A stretch of DNA of 29,840 nt, taken from positions 1 through 29,840 of the IMG/VR virus record IMGVR_UViG_3300005077_001076. One strand, written 5' to 3'. Made by a program: the position numbers and the translations under genes. The stretch comes from a virus. Lineage: Duplodnaviria; Caudoviricetes. Each line of letters opens with the position of its first letter. Within the stretch, counting starts at the first letter, position 1. This document shows positions 7,990 through 17,110 of the stretch, piece by piece. Under the pieces are notes generated by a model, which saw only the letters and a list, made by a program, of their open reading frames with translations, did no database searches and had not been told where the DNA came from.

Positions 7990-7990
7990 T

Positions 7991-9505
7991 ATGCCGGAAT
8001 ATAAAACTAAAGAGCAGCTTATTGATCGGATTGTGGAATTGGAGCTTATTAAAAGGGAAATAAAAAGACGGGATCTGACCGGGGATCTTTTTAAATTTAA
8101 TACTGAAGTTCTTCATGTTGCTCAAGCCGGGGAATTAGCTGATTCTCATCGGGAAATGTGTACTTTTGTCATGGATAAAAGTAAAAGAAAAAAGCTTTTA
8201 TTATTTCCCAGAGGTCATTTGAAGTCAACCATGATTACTACCGGATATTCGCTTTTGAGAATTGGTGAAAATCCTAATGTTAGAATTTTAATTGCTAATG
8301 CTACTTATGATATGGCTTGTTCTTTTGTGGGTCAGATTAAAAAACATCTTCAAAATAATGAAACCTTCAGGGAACATTTTGGAAATTTAGCCAAAAATGC
8401 AAGAAAATGGTCTGAAAATATGATTACGGTTCCGACTGATGATGCCGTATCAGTCAGAAAAGAAGCAACGGTTACGGCATATGGAATTGGCGGAAATTTA
8501 GTATCTCAACATTATGATGTCATCATCATGGATGACGTTGTTAACAGGGATTTAGTTAATACTCCGGAACAGATTCAAAAAACGATTCTTTTTTATAAAG
8601 ACGCTCTTGATTTGCTTGAACCCAATGGCGTTATGATTGTAATTGGTACACGCTGGCATATGAATGATTTATACGGTTGGATTTTGGATGAAACTAATCC
8701 TGAAGAAATATATAAATCTTTTGCTGTTATGATCAGACAGGCTTATAGTGGCAGTTTGGAAACCGGGGAGAATTTTTCTTCAATTTTTCCCCAGAAATTT
8801 ACCAGGGAATATCTTCAGGAGCTTAAAGTTGAAAAAGGACCCTATGAGTTTGCAAGTCAGTACATGAATGACTGTGTTCCGGTTGAAACTGCTAAATTTA
8901 AACCTAATTGGTTTAATTTGGTTTTAGAAGATGAGCTTAGAAGCCGTGATCTTAATTATTTTACGACAGTTGATCCGGCAATCGGACTCAAAAAAGAAAA
9001 TGATAAAACTGCTTTTGTTACTATAGCAGTAGATCAGTTTAATAATTGGTTTTTAAGAAGCATTATTTGGGATCAGATACTTCCAAATCAGATAATTAAA
9101 TATATTTTTGAAAATTGGGAGGAATTTCATCCCAGAAAAATCGGGGTTGAATTGGTGGCTTTTCAAAAATCACTTCAATACGCTTTAAAAGATGAAATGA
9201 GGAGAAGAAATATTTTTCTGCCGATTGTGGAACTTAAAGCTGAAAAGTCAAAAGAGGAAAGGATTGAGGGTTTGATTCCACGCTACGCTAATGGTAGTGT
9301 GTTTCATTTGCAACAGTGTCCTTATCGTTCTATACTGGAAGAAGAACTGGTTTGGTATCCGAGAGGGAAACATGATGATATTGCTGATGCATTAGCTTAT
9401 CAGCTTCAGATTGCTTTTCCTCCTAAAAACAGATCCAGCCAATATGTAAGTAAACGTCATCCTGATATAGAAGATCGGGATATTAGAAAACGATATTTAT
9501 ACTAA
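7991..9505 (+). CDS. terL: Terminase large subunit (start likely ATG 7991)
   Basis: Walker A-like PRGHLKS, Walker B VIIMDD, coupling motif IGTRWH, nuclease TVDPA and HDDIADA. Confidence 0.95.
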   Translation: MPEYKTKEQLIDRIVELELIKREIKRRDLTGDLFKFNTEVLHVAQAGELADSHREMCTFVMDKSKRKKLLLFPRGHLKSTMITTGYSLLRIGENPNVRILIANATYDMACSFVGQIKKHLQNNETFREHFGNLAKNARKWSENMITVPTDDAVSVRKEATVTAYGIGGNLVSQHYDVIIMDDVVNRDLVNTPEQIQKTILFYKDALDLLEPNGVMIVIGTRWHMNDLYGWILDETNPEEIYKSFAVMIRQAYSGSLETGENFSSIFPQKFTREYLQELKVEKGPYEFASQYMNDCVPVETAKFKPNWFNLVLEDELRSRDLNYFTTVDPAIGLKKENDKTAFVTIAVDQFNNWFLRSIIWDQILPNQIIKYIFENWEEFHPRKIGVELVAFQKSLQYALKDEMRRRNIFLPIVELKAEKSKEERIEGLIPRYANGSVFHLQQCPYRSILEEELVWYPRGKHDDIADALAYQLQIAFPPKNRSSQYVSKRHPDIEDRDIRKRYLY

Positions 9506-9506
9506 T

Positions 9507-11753
9507 ATGGCAGAATCTATTCCAAAAGATAATAAAAAACAGCCTGAAATCAGGAAATCTTATGTTCCTAAAGATTCTGAAATTAATGAAATCCGCATGG
9601 TTTATGAAAGAAAAACCGATATGGCTGATAGCAGAAGTAAATTTGAAAAAGAATGGGATGATTCGTATAAGGCTTGGGACCAGTTTGTGCCGGAAAAATC
9701 GGAAGATGATTGGCAGTCTGATATTTATATCCCCATTACTACGTCTGTTATTGAAGCAATACTATCAGAAATTGTTAATCAGGATTTAATGCCTTGGGCA
9801 ATTCCCAGAGGTTTTGAAGATGTTCCCAAAGCGGTTATTGTCAATCATGCTCTTCAATGGAGTTGGGATATAGCCAAATCCGATGTGGCACTTTTTGATA
9901 TTTTAAAAGAAACTTTTATAACTGGAACCGGCATCGGTCAGGAGTATTTTTGGCATAATGAGAGGGATATTTTAGTTCCTGACAAGAAAAATGGTGGTTG
10001 GAAAACCCAGAGAGCCGTTGAATATGATGACTGTTATCTTGAGCCTGTTAAACTAGAGGACTTTTATGTAGATGAAACCGGAAGGAGTTTTGATGGACCG
10101 TATCAGGCTAAAGATTGTATTAGAAGATACATCATGAATTATGATGATTTCAGAAATTTCTTTCAGGGTAAATGGGATCCGTTTGGAAATGCCAAATTTG
10201 TTGTCCCGGGGGGAGATGTTAATTACTACGAATGGTATAAGCCTCCGGAGGCTATTGGAGCTGATGAGGTTGAAGTTTTGTGGTATTGGTCAAAAAGACA
10301 GGATAAATTGGCAATCGTAGCCAATGATGTGTTAATAAAAGACGGACCAAACCCTTATAAGCATAAGCAGCTTCCGTTTGCCAGAGCCATTGATGTTAAA
10401 AGACCCCATCAGTTTTATGCCAAAGGCGAAGCTACTCTTCTAAAAGGGCTTCAGGAAGAGCAGAATACTTTAAGAAGGATGATAATTGACAGAAATCACC
10501 TTGATATTGATAAGCCGATTTTAGTTTCTGATGCTTTAACTATTGAAGATGAGGATGCAGTTGCAGCTCCACATAAAATTATTCCCGTGGGAGATCCGAA
10601 TTCTGCCAGATTTCCTGAATATTCCGATATTCCTTTATCAGTTTGGAAAACTTTGGAGATGAATAATGATGATAAGGTCAGGGTAACAGGTATGGATGAG
10701 AGGCAGCAGTCTGTTTCACAAGCTGGAACTGCAACTGAGGCAGCAATTTTGAAAGAAGCGACTCTTAGAAGGATTAACATGAAGGTTTATGGCATTAAAA
10801 ATGACTTTTTGGTGGATGTTGGAAGGTTGAGAGTTCCCAATATGATGCAGTATTATTCCCAACCTAAGTTTGAGGCTATATTAGGAGATAAAAAGAGTGA
10901 AGAATATAAAAATAAACTGGCATTTTTGGAAAGAGCTGGAAAACTTGAGTACCAAGATGGTGTTCCGATGGAAAAATCATATCGGAATATGAGAATTAGG
11001 GATAAAAAGTTAATTGTTGATGACAAAACCGGACAAATTAAGGAAGAGCCATATAAGGGTTTTACATTTTTTGAGATAAAACCGGAGTTTTTTCTTCCAA
11101 CTCACGGGGGATATGATATTAGGTATAAAGCTTCAAGCCAAATTCCTATTTCAAAGCCATTAAAACAGCAAAAAGACATGGAAATGTATGATAGGCTTAT
11201 CCAAAATCCAACAGTTGATCCTTGGAAGTTGGCTGAAATGCTTTTTAAGTCCGGAGATTATGATCCTGATGAGTATAAGATAAAAAATCCGGAAGAAGGC
11301 GGATTCGGACAGGAGCAGGAAGGTGAAATGCTTAAAAAAATGGTGGAATTGGCATCAGTTGAGAATAATGAGATGATTAATGGCAAGGAAATCGGTCCAA
11401 CTCCTTATGCTTCTCCGGTTCACACCGAACTTCATATTGAATTTATGAAAAGTAAGGATTTTAAGGAACTTGTTCCTCCTGAAGATCAAAAAACGCTCCA
11501 GATTTTTGCTAATCATGTAATCGGAGAATTAATGGCTCAAGGAGCAAGGGGTCAGGGTCAGGGAATGGGTGGAGAAATGGGTATGGGAAATCCTCAAGGC
11601 GGAAGTGGAGGGATAGTTCCGTCCCCAAAATCATTTGGAGGAGTAAATAATGCTAAAGCAGCAGTAGCACCGGGCATGAATCAGGGCGGAGGACAAATGC
11701 CATCAGGGATGCAGGGAGCACAAACCGGCATTCAGATGGGTCGTAAAATATAA
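9507..11753 (+). CDS. Portal protein (P22/podovirus-like), Gly/Gln/Met-rich C-terminus
   Basis: 748 aa directly after terL; 'GTGIG', 'DFYVD', 'NPYKHKQLPF', 'TATEAAI' features typical of this portal class. Confidence 0.88.
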   Translation: MAESIPKDNKKQPEIRKSYVPKDSEINEIRMVYERKTDMADSRSKFEKEWDDSYKAWDQFVPEKSEDDWQSDIYIPITTSVIEAILSEIVNQDLMPWAIPRGFEDVPKAVIVNHALQWSWDIAKSDVALFDILKETFITGTGIGQEYFWHNERDILVPDKKNGGWKTQRAVEYDDCYLEPVKLEDFYVDETGRSFDGPYQAKDCIRRYIMNYDDFRNFFQGKWDPFGNAKFVVPGGDVNYYEWYKPPEAIGADEVEVLWYWSKRQDKLAIVANDVLIKDGPNPYKHKQLPFARAIDVKRPHQFYAKGEATLLKGLQEEQNTLRRMIIDRNHLDIDKPILVSDALTIEDEDAVAAPHKIIPVGDPNSARFPEYSDIPLSVWKTLEMNNDDKVRVTGMDERQQSVSQAGTATEAAILKEATLRRINMKVYGIKNDFLVDVGRLRVPNMMQYYSQPKFEAILGDKKSEEYKNKLAFLERAGKLEYQDGVPMEKSYRNMRIRDKKLIVDDKTGQIKEEPYKGFTFFEIKPEFFLPTHGGYDIRYKASSQIPISKPLKQQKDMEMYDRLIQNPTVDPWKLAEMLFKSGDYDPDEYKIKNPEEGGFGQEQEGEMLKKMVELASVENNEMINGKEIGPTPYASPVHTELHIEFMKSKDFKELVPPEDQKTLQIFANHVIGELMAQGARGQGQGMGGEMGMGNPQGGSGGIVPSPKSFGGVNNAKAAVAPGMNQGGGQMPSGMQGAQTGIQMGRKI

Positions 11754-12001
11754 TGAAAAAATTACCTGATATATCAAGTGAACATAAAGAGGCTTTGGCG
11801 ATGCTTAGATCAAGACCTGAATTTAAATCACTTGAACAACTTTTTAAAATAGAGGAAAATAATATTGTTATAGGAACATTTAAAATTAACTCATCCGATC
11901 CTGACCTATCCCGTAAAAAAGCATGGGAGGAAGGCAGATTATATGAGTTAAGAAAAATTCTTAAAACATTTGAAGAATGTTCTAAAAGAAAAGAGGACTA
12001 A
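11753..12001 (+). CDS. Small post-portal phage protein
   Basis: Helical 82 aa with 'AWEEGR' motif, common immediately after podoviral portals. Confidence 0.7.
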   Translation: MKKLPDISSEHKEALAMLRSRPEFKSLEQLFKIEENNIVIGTFKINSSDPDLSRKKAWEEGRLYELRKILKTFEECSKRKED

Positions 12002-12948
12002 TGGAAGATGTTGGTGTTATTATTGATTCAGTTGCAAATGAAATAGCTCCAGGAGATGAGGAGTTTAGGTTGGTGGCTCATGCTATAGCTTTAGCTGAAT
12101 CCGGAGGTAATCCAAATTCTAAAAATATAAGTAATATTGAAGAATCATATGGACTTTATCAAAATAACAGACGTGGAGGTAGAGGTACAGGTCATTCAGT
12201 TGAAAATCTTTTAGATCCTACATATAACGCTAGATTATCATTAACTGATCTTTATCGTTATTATGTTCAGGGTAGAGAAAAGGGTTTGAAGGGACAAGAT
12301 TTGGTAGCATATGTTTCAAGAAATGGTCAAAGACCAGCTAAAGGAGCTGAATTTTCAGCTGCTAAAAGATATGGACAATTAGTATCAGGAGCTAGATCTG
12401 CAAATTCTACAGCTCCTGTTGTAAAATCAACTCCGACACCTATTCCAGGACCAAAAGATTATACTCAGATATTTAGAAATTATCAGCCATCTTTTATGCA
12501 GAATATGTATCAGGGAGCAGTTGATATGGTTCCAAATTGGGTAAATAATCTTAAAAATAAGTTAATATCTCCAATTCAAGCCGGATATATGCAGGGAGCA
12601 ACAAATACTTATACGGTTAGACCGGGAGATACTTTATGGGGAATAGCCCAAAGGTATTTGGGTAGTGGAGATTTATGGAAACAGCTTCAGGGTTATTCCG
12701 GAGATCCGAGGAAATTGCCGATTGGAACAAAAATTAATATTCCTACTCAGCAAAAACAACAACCACTAACTAAAGAACAGGCTATTGCTCAAAATTACAA
12801 GCCTCCGTCAGTAACTCAAATTGCTCCTATTCAACAGTATAAACCGACTATGGTTGAAGCTTGGCTTTCAGGTGGTCCTTCAATTGATGAACAGTTAAAA
12901 CAGGCTGCAAGAAATATATCAGGGGGCGGTGGAGGCGGAAGTTGGTAA
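12001..12948 (+). CDS. Lytic transglycosylase (SLT-like) + LysM domain protein
   Basis: AIALAESGGNP...SYGLYQ...DPTYNA (SLT motifs); YTVRPGDTLWGIAQRY...LPIGTKINIP (LysM). Confidence 0.85.
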   Translation: MEDVGVIIDSVANEIAPGDEEFRLVAHAIALAESGGNPNSKNISNIEESYGLYQNNRRGGRGTGHSVENLLDPTYNARLSLTDLYRYYVQGREKGLKGQDLVAYVSRNGQRPAKGAEFSAAKRYGQLVSGARSANSTAPVVKSTPTPIPGPKDYTQIFRNYQPSFMQNMYQGAVDMVPNWVNNLKNKLISPIQAGYMQGATNTYTVRPGDTLWGIAQRYLGSGDLWKQLQGYSGDPRKLPIGTKINIPTQQKQQPLTKEQAIAQNYKPPSVTQIAPIQQYKPTMVEAWLSGGPSIDEQLKQAARNISGGGGGGSW

Positions 12949-12952
12949 TAAT

Positions 12953-12981
12953 TTGACATAAAGTTAATAAGTATTTACTAT
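12953..12981 (+). promoter_or_regulatory. Sigma70-type promoter for scaffold/capsid operon
   Basis: TTGACA-17 nt-TACTAT. Confidence 0.7.
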
Positions 12982-13040
12982 ATGATTAGTATTAGTTATA
13001 TCTGAAAGGATAATCCCTTAAGGGACCCGAAAGGAGAAAT

Positions 13041-13781
13041 ATGGCTGATGATGATGATAAAAAGGCTCCAGATGAAAAAGGTTCTGAATCTGGGAAAACC
13101 GACAAAAAGCAGGAACCGGGTGAAGCGGAATGGACAAAATTGTCCGAAGGCAAGTTTAAGAGTCCTGAAGAACTGGCGAAGGCTTATAAGGATTTGGAAA
13201 AGAAACTTGGTGAACAAGGAGAGGAACTTGGTTACGCAAGACAATTTGTTGAGATAGCTCAACCAATCTTGCAACAAGTACAGGATGATCCTGAACTTTT
13301 TAAAGCAGTAGAAGCTAAGTTCAAAAAAAACACCGATGATTCCAAAGACAAAAAGCCTGACGGAAAAAAGGAAGGTAATCTTGAAGATGTCCGGAGTGTT
13401 ACTTCAGATTTGATATTAGCTAAATTTGAAGAAAAGAAGGGCATTACAAAATTATCGCCCGATGAACGGAAGCAAATCCGTGAAAAGATTGGCTCCGTAA
13501 TAAAACGAACCACCGGGCAATACCTGACTGATGTAGATTTACGGAGGTTGGGTCAAGTTCTGGAAGATGCTTATATCGTTGCAAATTACGATAAACTCGT
13601 AGATAAAGCAAAGTCGGGAACCCAAGATGAAGATGATTTAGATGACGGTAGAATCGGAAATCTTTCAGCTAAAAGCGGAAAGAGTGAAGAATATCTAACG
13701 CCAGATGAATTGCGAGTAGCTTCAAAGATGGGTCTTACTAAAGAGCAATATCTTTCTGGTAAGAAATCTACAAAAAGATAA
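13041..13781 (+). CDS. Capsid scaffolding/assembly protein
   Basis: 'GKFKSPEELAKAYKDLEKKLG' motif, acidic coiled-coil, C-terminal 'LTPDELRVASKMGLTKEQY'; upstream of capsid genes; SD AAGGAG. Confidence 0.8.
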   Translation: MADDDDKKAPDEKGSESGKTDKKQEPGEAEWTKLSEGKFKSPEELAKAYKDLEKKLGEQGEELGYARQFVEIAQPILQQVQDDPELFKAVEAKFKKNTDDSKDKKPDGKKEGNLEDVRSVTSDLILAKFEEKKGITKLSPDERKQIREKIGSVIKRTTGQYLTDVDLRRLGQVLEDAYIVANYDKLVDKAKSGTQDEDDLDDGRIGNLSAKSGKSEEYLTPDELRVASKMGLTKEQYLSGKKSTKR

Positions 13782-13829
13782 ACCCCCGGCAGATAGATGA
13801 ATTGAGTAATTTGGTAGAGGTTTTCAATT

Positions 13830-14378
13830 ATGGCTAAAAGTGCTTCAGTTAAAGGCTTTTGGTATACAAGAAACCTTCGACCCGGAGTGGAAGCTCCACT
13901 ACGGATTCAGGTTCCTTTAGCAGCCAATACATCTACTGCTTTAACTATCGGTGATGCGGTTCAGTGGACCAGCGGTTATTTAACAATAGCTGCTACCTCA
14001 GAATCAATTCTCGGTATTTTAGAGGGTTTTGTAACTGCTAATGGACAGAATATATTCCAAACTAATGCTACTGTAACAGGTACTAAATCTGGGGATGACA
14101 CATATACTCCTGGAACTACAGATACCGTGTTAGGGGTTGTTAATATTGATCCTGATGCTTTGTTTTTTAATGAAGCTGATTCAACTTTAACTCAGGCTGA
14201 AGTAGGATTATATTTTGATACTACAGCTAATTCAGATCAGGTAACTGGTTCTGGTTCTGCAACTATCTCGCAGTTTCAACTTATTGAGTTGGTAACTGTA
14301 AATGGAGATGGATCAACTGAGGATTCCGGTGGACTTTTCCGTATCAGTCAATCACAACTTGGCTGGGCGGCTTCATAA
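13830..14378 (+). CDS. Putative capsid decoration/cement protein
   Basis: 'TIGDAVQW..G.L..A....ILGILEG' beta-rich pattern; between scaffold and major capsid gene. Confidence 0.65.
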   Translation: MAKSASVKGFWYTRNLRPGVEAPLRIQVPLAANTSTALTIGDAVQWTSGYLTIAATSESILGILEGFVTANGQNIFQTNATVTGTKSGDDTYTPGTTDTVLGVVNIDPDALFFNEADSTLTQAEVGLYFDTTANSDQVTGSGSATISQFQLIELVTVNGDGSTEDSGGLFRISQSQLGWAAS

Positions 14379-14389
14379 AGGAATAAATT

Positions 14390-15298
14390 ATGGCACTAAA
14401 ACCATCATTCGGAGATTTACTGGAACCCGGACTTCGTAAAATGTTTGACGACAAATACGATGAAATTCCGGAAATATTCAGCAAAATTTTCAAGGTTAAC
14501 TCTTCAAGCAATGAGTCGGAAAAAGATTCAGCCGTAACCGGTTTTGGTCTTTTGACACAAACTGCTGAGGGTGGAGCTATTTCTTATGAAGATCCGGTTC
14601 AGATGTACGATGTTTCATATGTACATTTGAAGTATACGAAGGGTTTCAAAGTATCCGAAGAGCTTTATGAGGATGATAGGTATAATGTCATCAATAAAAA
14701 ACCACAAGCTTTGGCAAGAGCTAGTCGTAGAACGGCTGAATATCTTGCCTCGATAGTATTCAATAATGCTTTCTCGTCAGGAACTGGCGGAGATGCAAAA
14801 TATCTGTGTTCCACAGCTCATCCTAGAGCAGATGGTGGTACAGCACAGTCAAATGCTTCTTCAACAGGTATAACTCTGACTGAAGCTAATTTGAATACAG
14901 GATTACTCGCTATGCGGGGACAGCTGGATGATAAAGGCATGAAGATTATGGCGAAAGCTGATACTCTAATTTGCCCTCCGGCTTTGGAAAAAACCGCACA
15001 AATCATTACCAAATCGCAATTAAGGTCCGGAGTTGCTGATAATGATTACAATTACTATCAGGGAATGTTGAAAGTCATCTCTTGGGATTGGCTTTCTTCA
15101 ACAACTGCATGGTTCTTGTTGGACAGTTCACTTCATGAACTTAACTGGTTCTGGAGAGTCCGACCTGAATTCAAGCAGGATAACTCCTTTGATACAGGCT
15201 ATGCCTTATTTAAGACAAGAATGCGATGCTCAAAAGGCTGGAGTGATTGGCGAGGAGTTTGGGGTTCAAAAGGTGATGGCGGAGCGTATTCATCCTAA
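14390..15298 (+). CDS. Major capsid protein (HK97 fold, Mu gpT-like family)
   Basis: LLEPGL, EGGAISYE, LICPPALE...A, AWFL, GWSDWRGVWGS motifs; size and position. Confidence 0.9.
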   Translation: MALKPSFGDLLEPGLRKMFDDKYDEIPEIFSKIFKVNSSSNESEKDSAVTGFGLLTQTAEGGAISYEDPVQMYDVSYVHLKYTKGFKVSEELYEDDRYNVINKKPQALARASRRTAEYLASIVFNNAFSSGTGGDAKYLCSTAHPRADGGTAQSNASSTGITLTEANLNTGLLAMRGQLDDKGMKIMAKADTLICPPALEKTAQIITKSQLRSGVADNDYNYYQGMLKVISWDWLSSTTAWFLLDSSLHELNWFWRVRPEFKQDNSFDTGYALFKTRMRCSKGWSDWRGVWGSKGDGGAYSS

Positions 15299-15414
15299 CC
15301 TAAAGCGTCAAAATGAAGCGATGGTGGTAGCTTTTTAAATAACTAGTATTCAATGCCTAAATCGGAATATTGTCTGAAGTAAGCAGTAGATATTAGCCAC
15401 CAATTAGAAATTAT

Positions 15415-15443
15415 TTGACAAGTGTTTTTTATATATTTACAAT
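15415..15443 (+). promoter_or_regulatory. Sigma70-type promoter upstream of Ser/Thr-rich genes and glycan cassette
   Basis: TTGACA-17 nt-TACAAT. Confidence 0.75.
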
Positions 15444-15463
15444 AAAAACAGGTTAAAAAAATT

Positions 15464-15877
15464 ATGGGCAGTTATTCAACTTTTCAGGGAAGCGTAGGAG
15501 GAAGTACACATAAAGTTCGTGTACGCTCTGTGGTTCCAACTGATCCTACTCCGATTGCTGGGGATATGTATTTAGATCCTACTGGTGGAGTATTTTATGT
15601 TTATGATGGTACTCAATGGTGGGGAGCTGTATTGGGGACATCAACCTCAACTACAACAACATCAGTTTCAACATCAACTTCGATAACTACAACTTCAATT
15701 TCAACAACAACTACTTCAAGCAGTAGTTCTATTTCGATAAGTACATCAATTAGTACAACCAGTTCTAGTATTTCAACAACTAGTTCCAGTATTTCTACTA
15801 CATCAACTAGTGTATCAACTACATCATTAAGTACGACAAGTACAAGTATAAGTACGACAAGTACTAGTACAACTTGA
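15464..15877 (+). CDS. Small putative virion protein with 79-aa mucin-like Ser/Thr tail
   Basis: Head 'PTDPTPIAGDMYLDPTGGVFYVYDGTQW', then only S/T/I/V/L. Confidence 0.85.
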   Translation: MGSYSTFQGSVGGSTHKVRVRSVVPTDPTPIAGDMYLDPTGGVFYVYDGTQWWGAVLGTSTSTTTTSVSTSTSITTTSISTTTTSSSSSISISTSISTTSSSISTTSSSISTTSTSVSTTSLSTTSTSISTTSTSTT

Positions 15878-15890
15878 TATAATTAAATAT

Positions 15891-16079
15891 ATGGGAGTAA
15901 CACATTTACAATTACCACATAAGGGAAAAACAACAAAATTTCGGGATAACACTTCTGATCCGACAGATCCGACACCGGAGACCGGAGATGTATATATTAA
16001 TACGGTTGATGGTAGAGAAGCATTAGGGTTTTATTGTGTAAATCGTTGGTTATATGTACCATTGGTTTATACAACATAA
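15891..16079 (+). CDS. Tail-less paralogue of the Ser/Thr proteins
   Basis: 'DPTDPTPETGDVYINT...FYCVNRWLY' matches the head domain of its neighbours. Confidence 0.75.
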   Translation: MGVTHLQLPHKGKTTKFRDNTSDPTDPTPETGDVYINTVDGREALGFYCVNRWLYVPLVYTT

Positions 16080-16084
16080 TTATT

Positions 16085-16384
16085 ATGACATCATTTAGCG
16101 AATTACGATCACAGGCAATGCAGGTAGATGTTTTAAGTTCAGCTCCGACAGGAACTGAGCTTTATACTGGTAGAGTTTATTTTGATACTTCAACAGGTAA
16201 GTTTTATGTTTATGATGGTTCAAGATGGATTTATATTCAAATGACAACTACATCAACCAGTACAACTACTGTTATTACAACTACATCAGTATCAACTTCA
16301 ACTAGTATTACAACAACCAGTATTAGTGTAACAACTACCAGCTCAAGTAGCTCTAGTTCGTCTACTAGTACAACTTTACTTTAA
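16085..16384 (+). CDS. Small putative virion protein with 46-aa mucin-like Ser/Thr tail (start likely ATG 16085)
   Basis: Head 'APTGTELYTGRVYFDTSTGKFYVYDGSRW' + S/T tail. Confidence 0.85.
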   Translation: MTSFSELRSQAMQVDVLSSAPTGTELYTGRVYFDTSTGKFYVYDGSRWIYIQMTTTSTSTTTVITTTSVSTSTSITTTSISVTTTSSSSSSSSTSTTLL

Positions 16385-16388
16385 AAAT

Positions 16389-16766
16389 ATGAAGGTTATT
16401 AATAATACGGCAGAAACGCCAATTGAGGTAGGATTTGAAGGTTATATATATTTTATTCCTTCTGGTCAAAAAAGATTGGTTGAGGAAAAAGTAGGTGAGT
16501 TTTTGCTGGAGAGATATCCATTTTTGGAATTAGTAGAACCTCCTAATAAAAGAGGCGGTCCAACTCCGATTCCGAAAATAGATAGAAAACAGATTCAGAT
16601 AAAAGCAAAGATCGACAATTCTGATGATATGCAGATTATGTCTAATAAAGCTCAAAATGCTACCAGTCCGGCAGATATAAGTAATGGAATTGATGCTGAC
16701 GGAGTAGAATGGGTCGGACCGGGAATAGAAGTTGAAAAGATTGATTCTAAAGGAGTATTTACATGA
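16389..16766 (+). CDS. Hypothetical protein
   Basis: ORF track; operonic; ATGA overlap with the next gene. Confidence 0.75.
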   Translation: MKVINNTAETPIEVGFEGYIYFIPSGQKRLVEEKVGEFLLERYPFLELVEPPNKRGGPTPIPKIDRKQIQIKAKIDNSDDMQIMSNKAQNATSPADISNGIDADGVEWVGPGIEVEKIDSKGVFT

Positions 16767-17077
16767 CAGATATATCATTATCACAAGGAAAATCAGTATA
16801 TGCAGAAGATATTTCTGTATTAGATGCTGGAACAAATGTTGTTGGTCAGTCGTGTGTTGTGTGGGCAATAACAATTACCAATGAAGGAACTGGTGATTCT
16901 GTTGTATCTATTGCTGATGGATTAATATATAGTTCTGAAAACCGTAAAGAAAAAGTTGTATTGACAGATGAGATAAAAACAATACAATTGGTATATCCAA
17001 AGGGTAAATATTTTGATACAGGTGTTTCAGTAACCAGTAATAAAACATCGGTAGATGTTAGCGTAACTTACGATTAA
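16763..17077 (+). CDS. Small beta-sandwich-like protein, probably virion-associated
   Basis: Beta-rich, C-terminal 'PKGKYFDTGVSVT...VSVTYD' pattern. Confidence 0.65.
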   Translation: MTDISLSQGKSVYAEDISVLDAGTNVVGQSCVVWAITITNEGTGDSVVSIADGLIYSSENRKEKVVLTDEIKTIQLVYPKGKYFDTGVSVTSNKTSVDVSVTYD

Positions 17078-17110
17078 GTTAATCTGACTAATGCCGGAAA
17101 GGATCTGCGT

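Noticed and set aside
15135-15338. Alternative-frame ORF overlapping the capsid 3' end (possible frameshift extension)
   Set aside because: Would extend only ~13 codons past the stop, does not reach the S/T genes, and no convincing slippery site was seen
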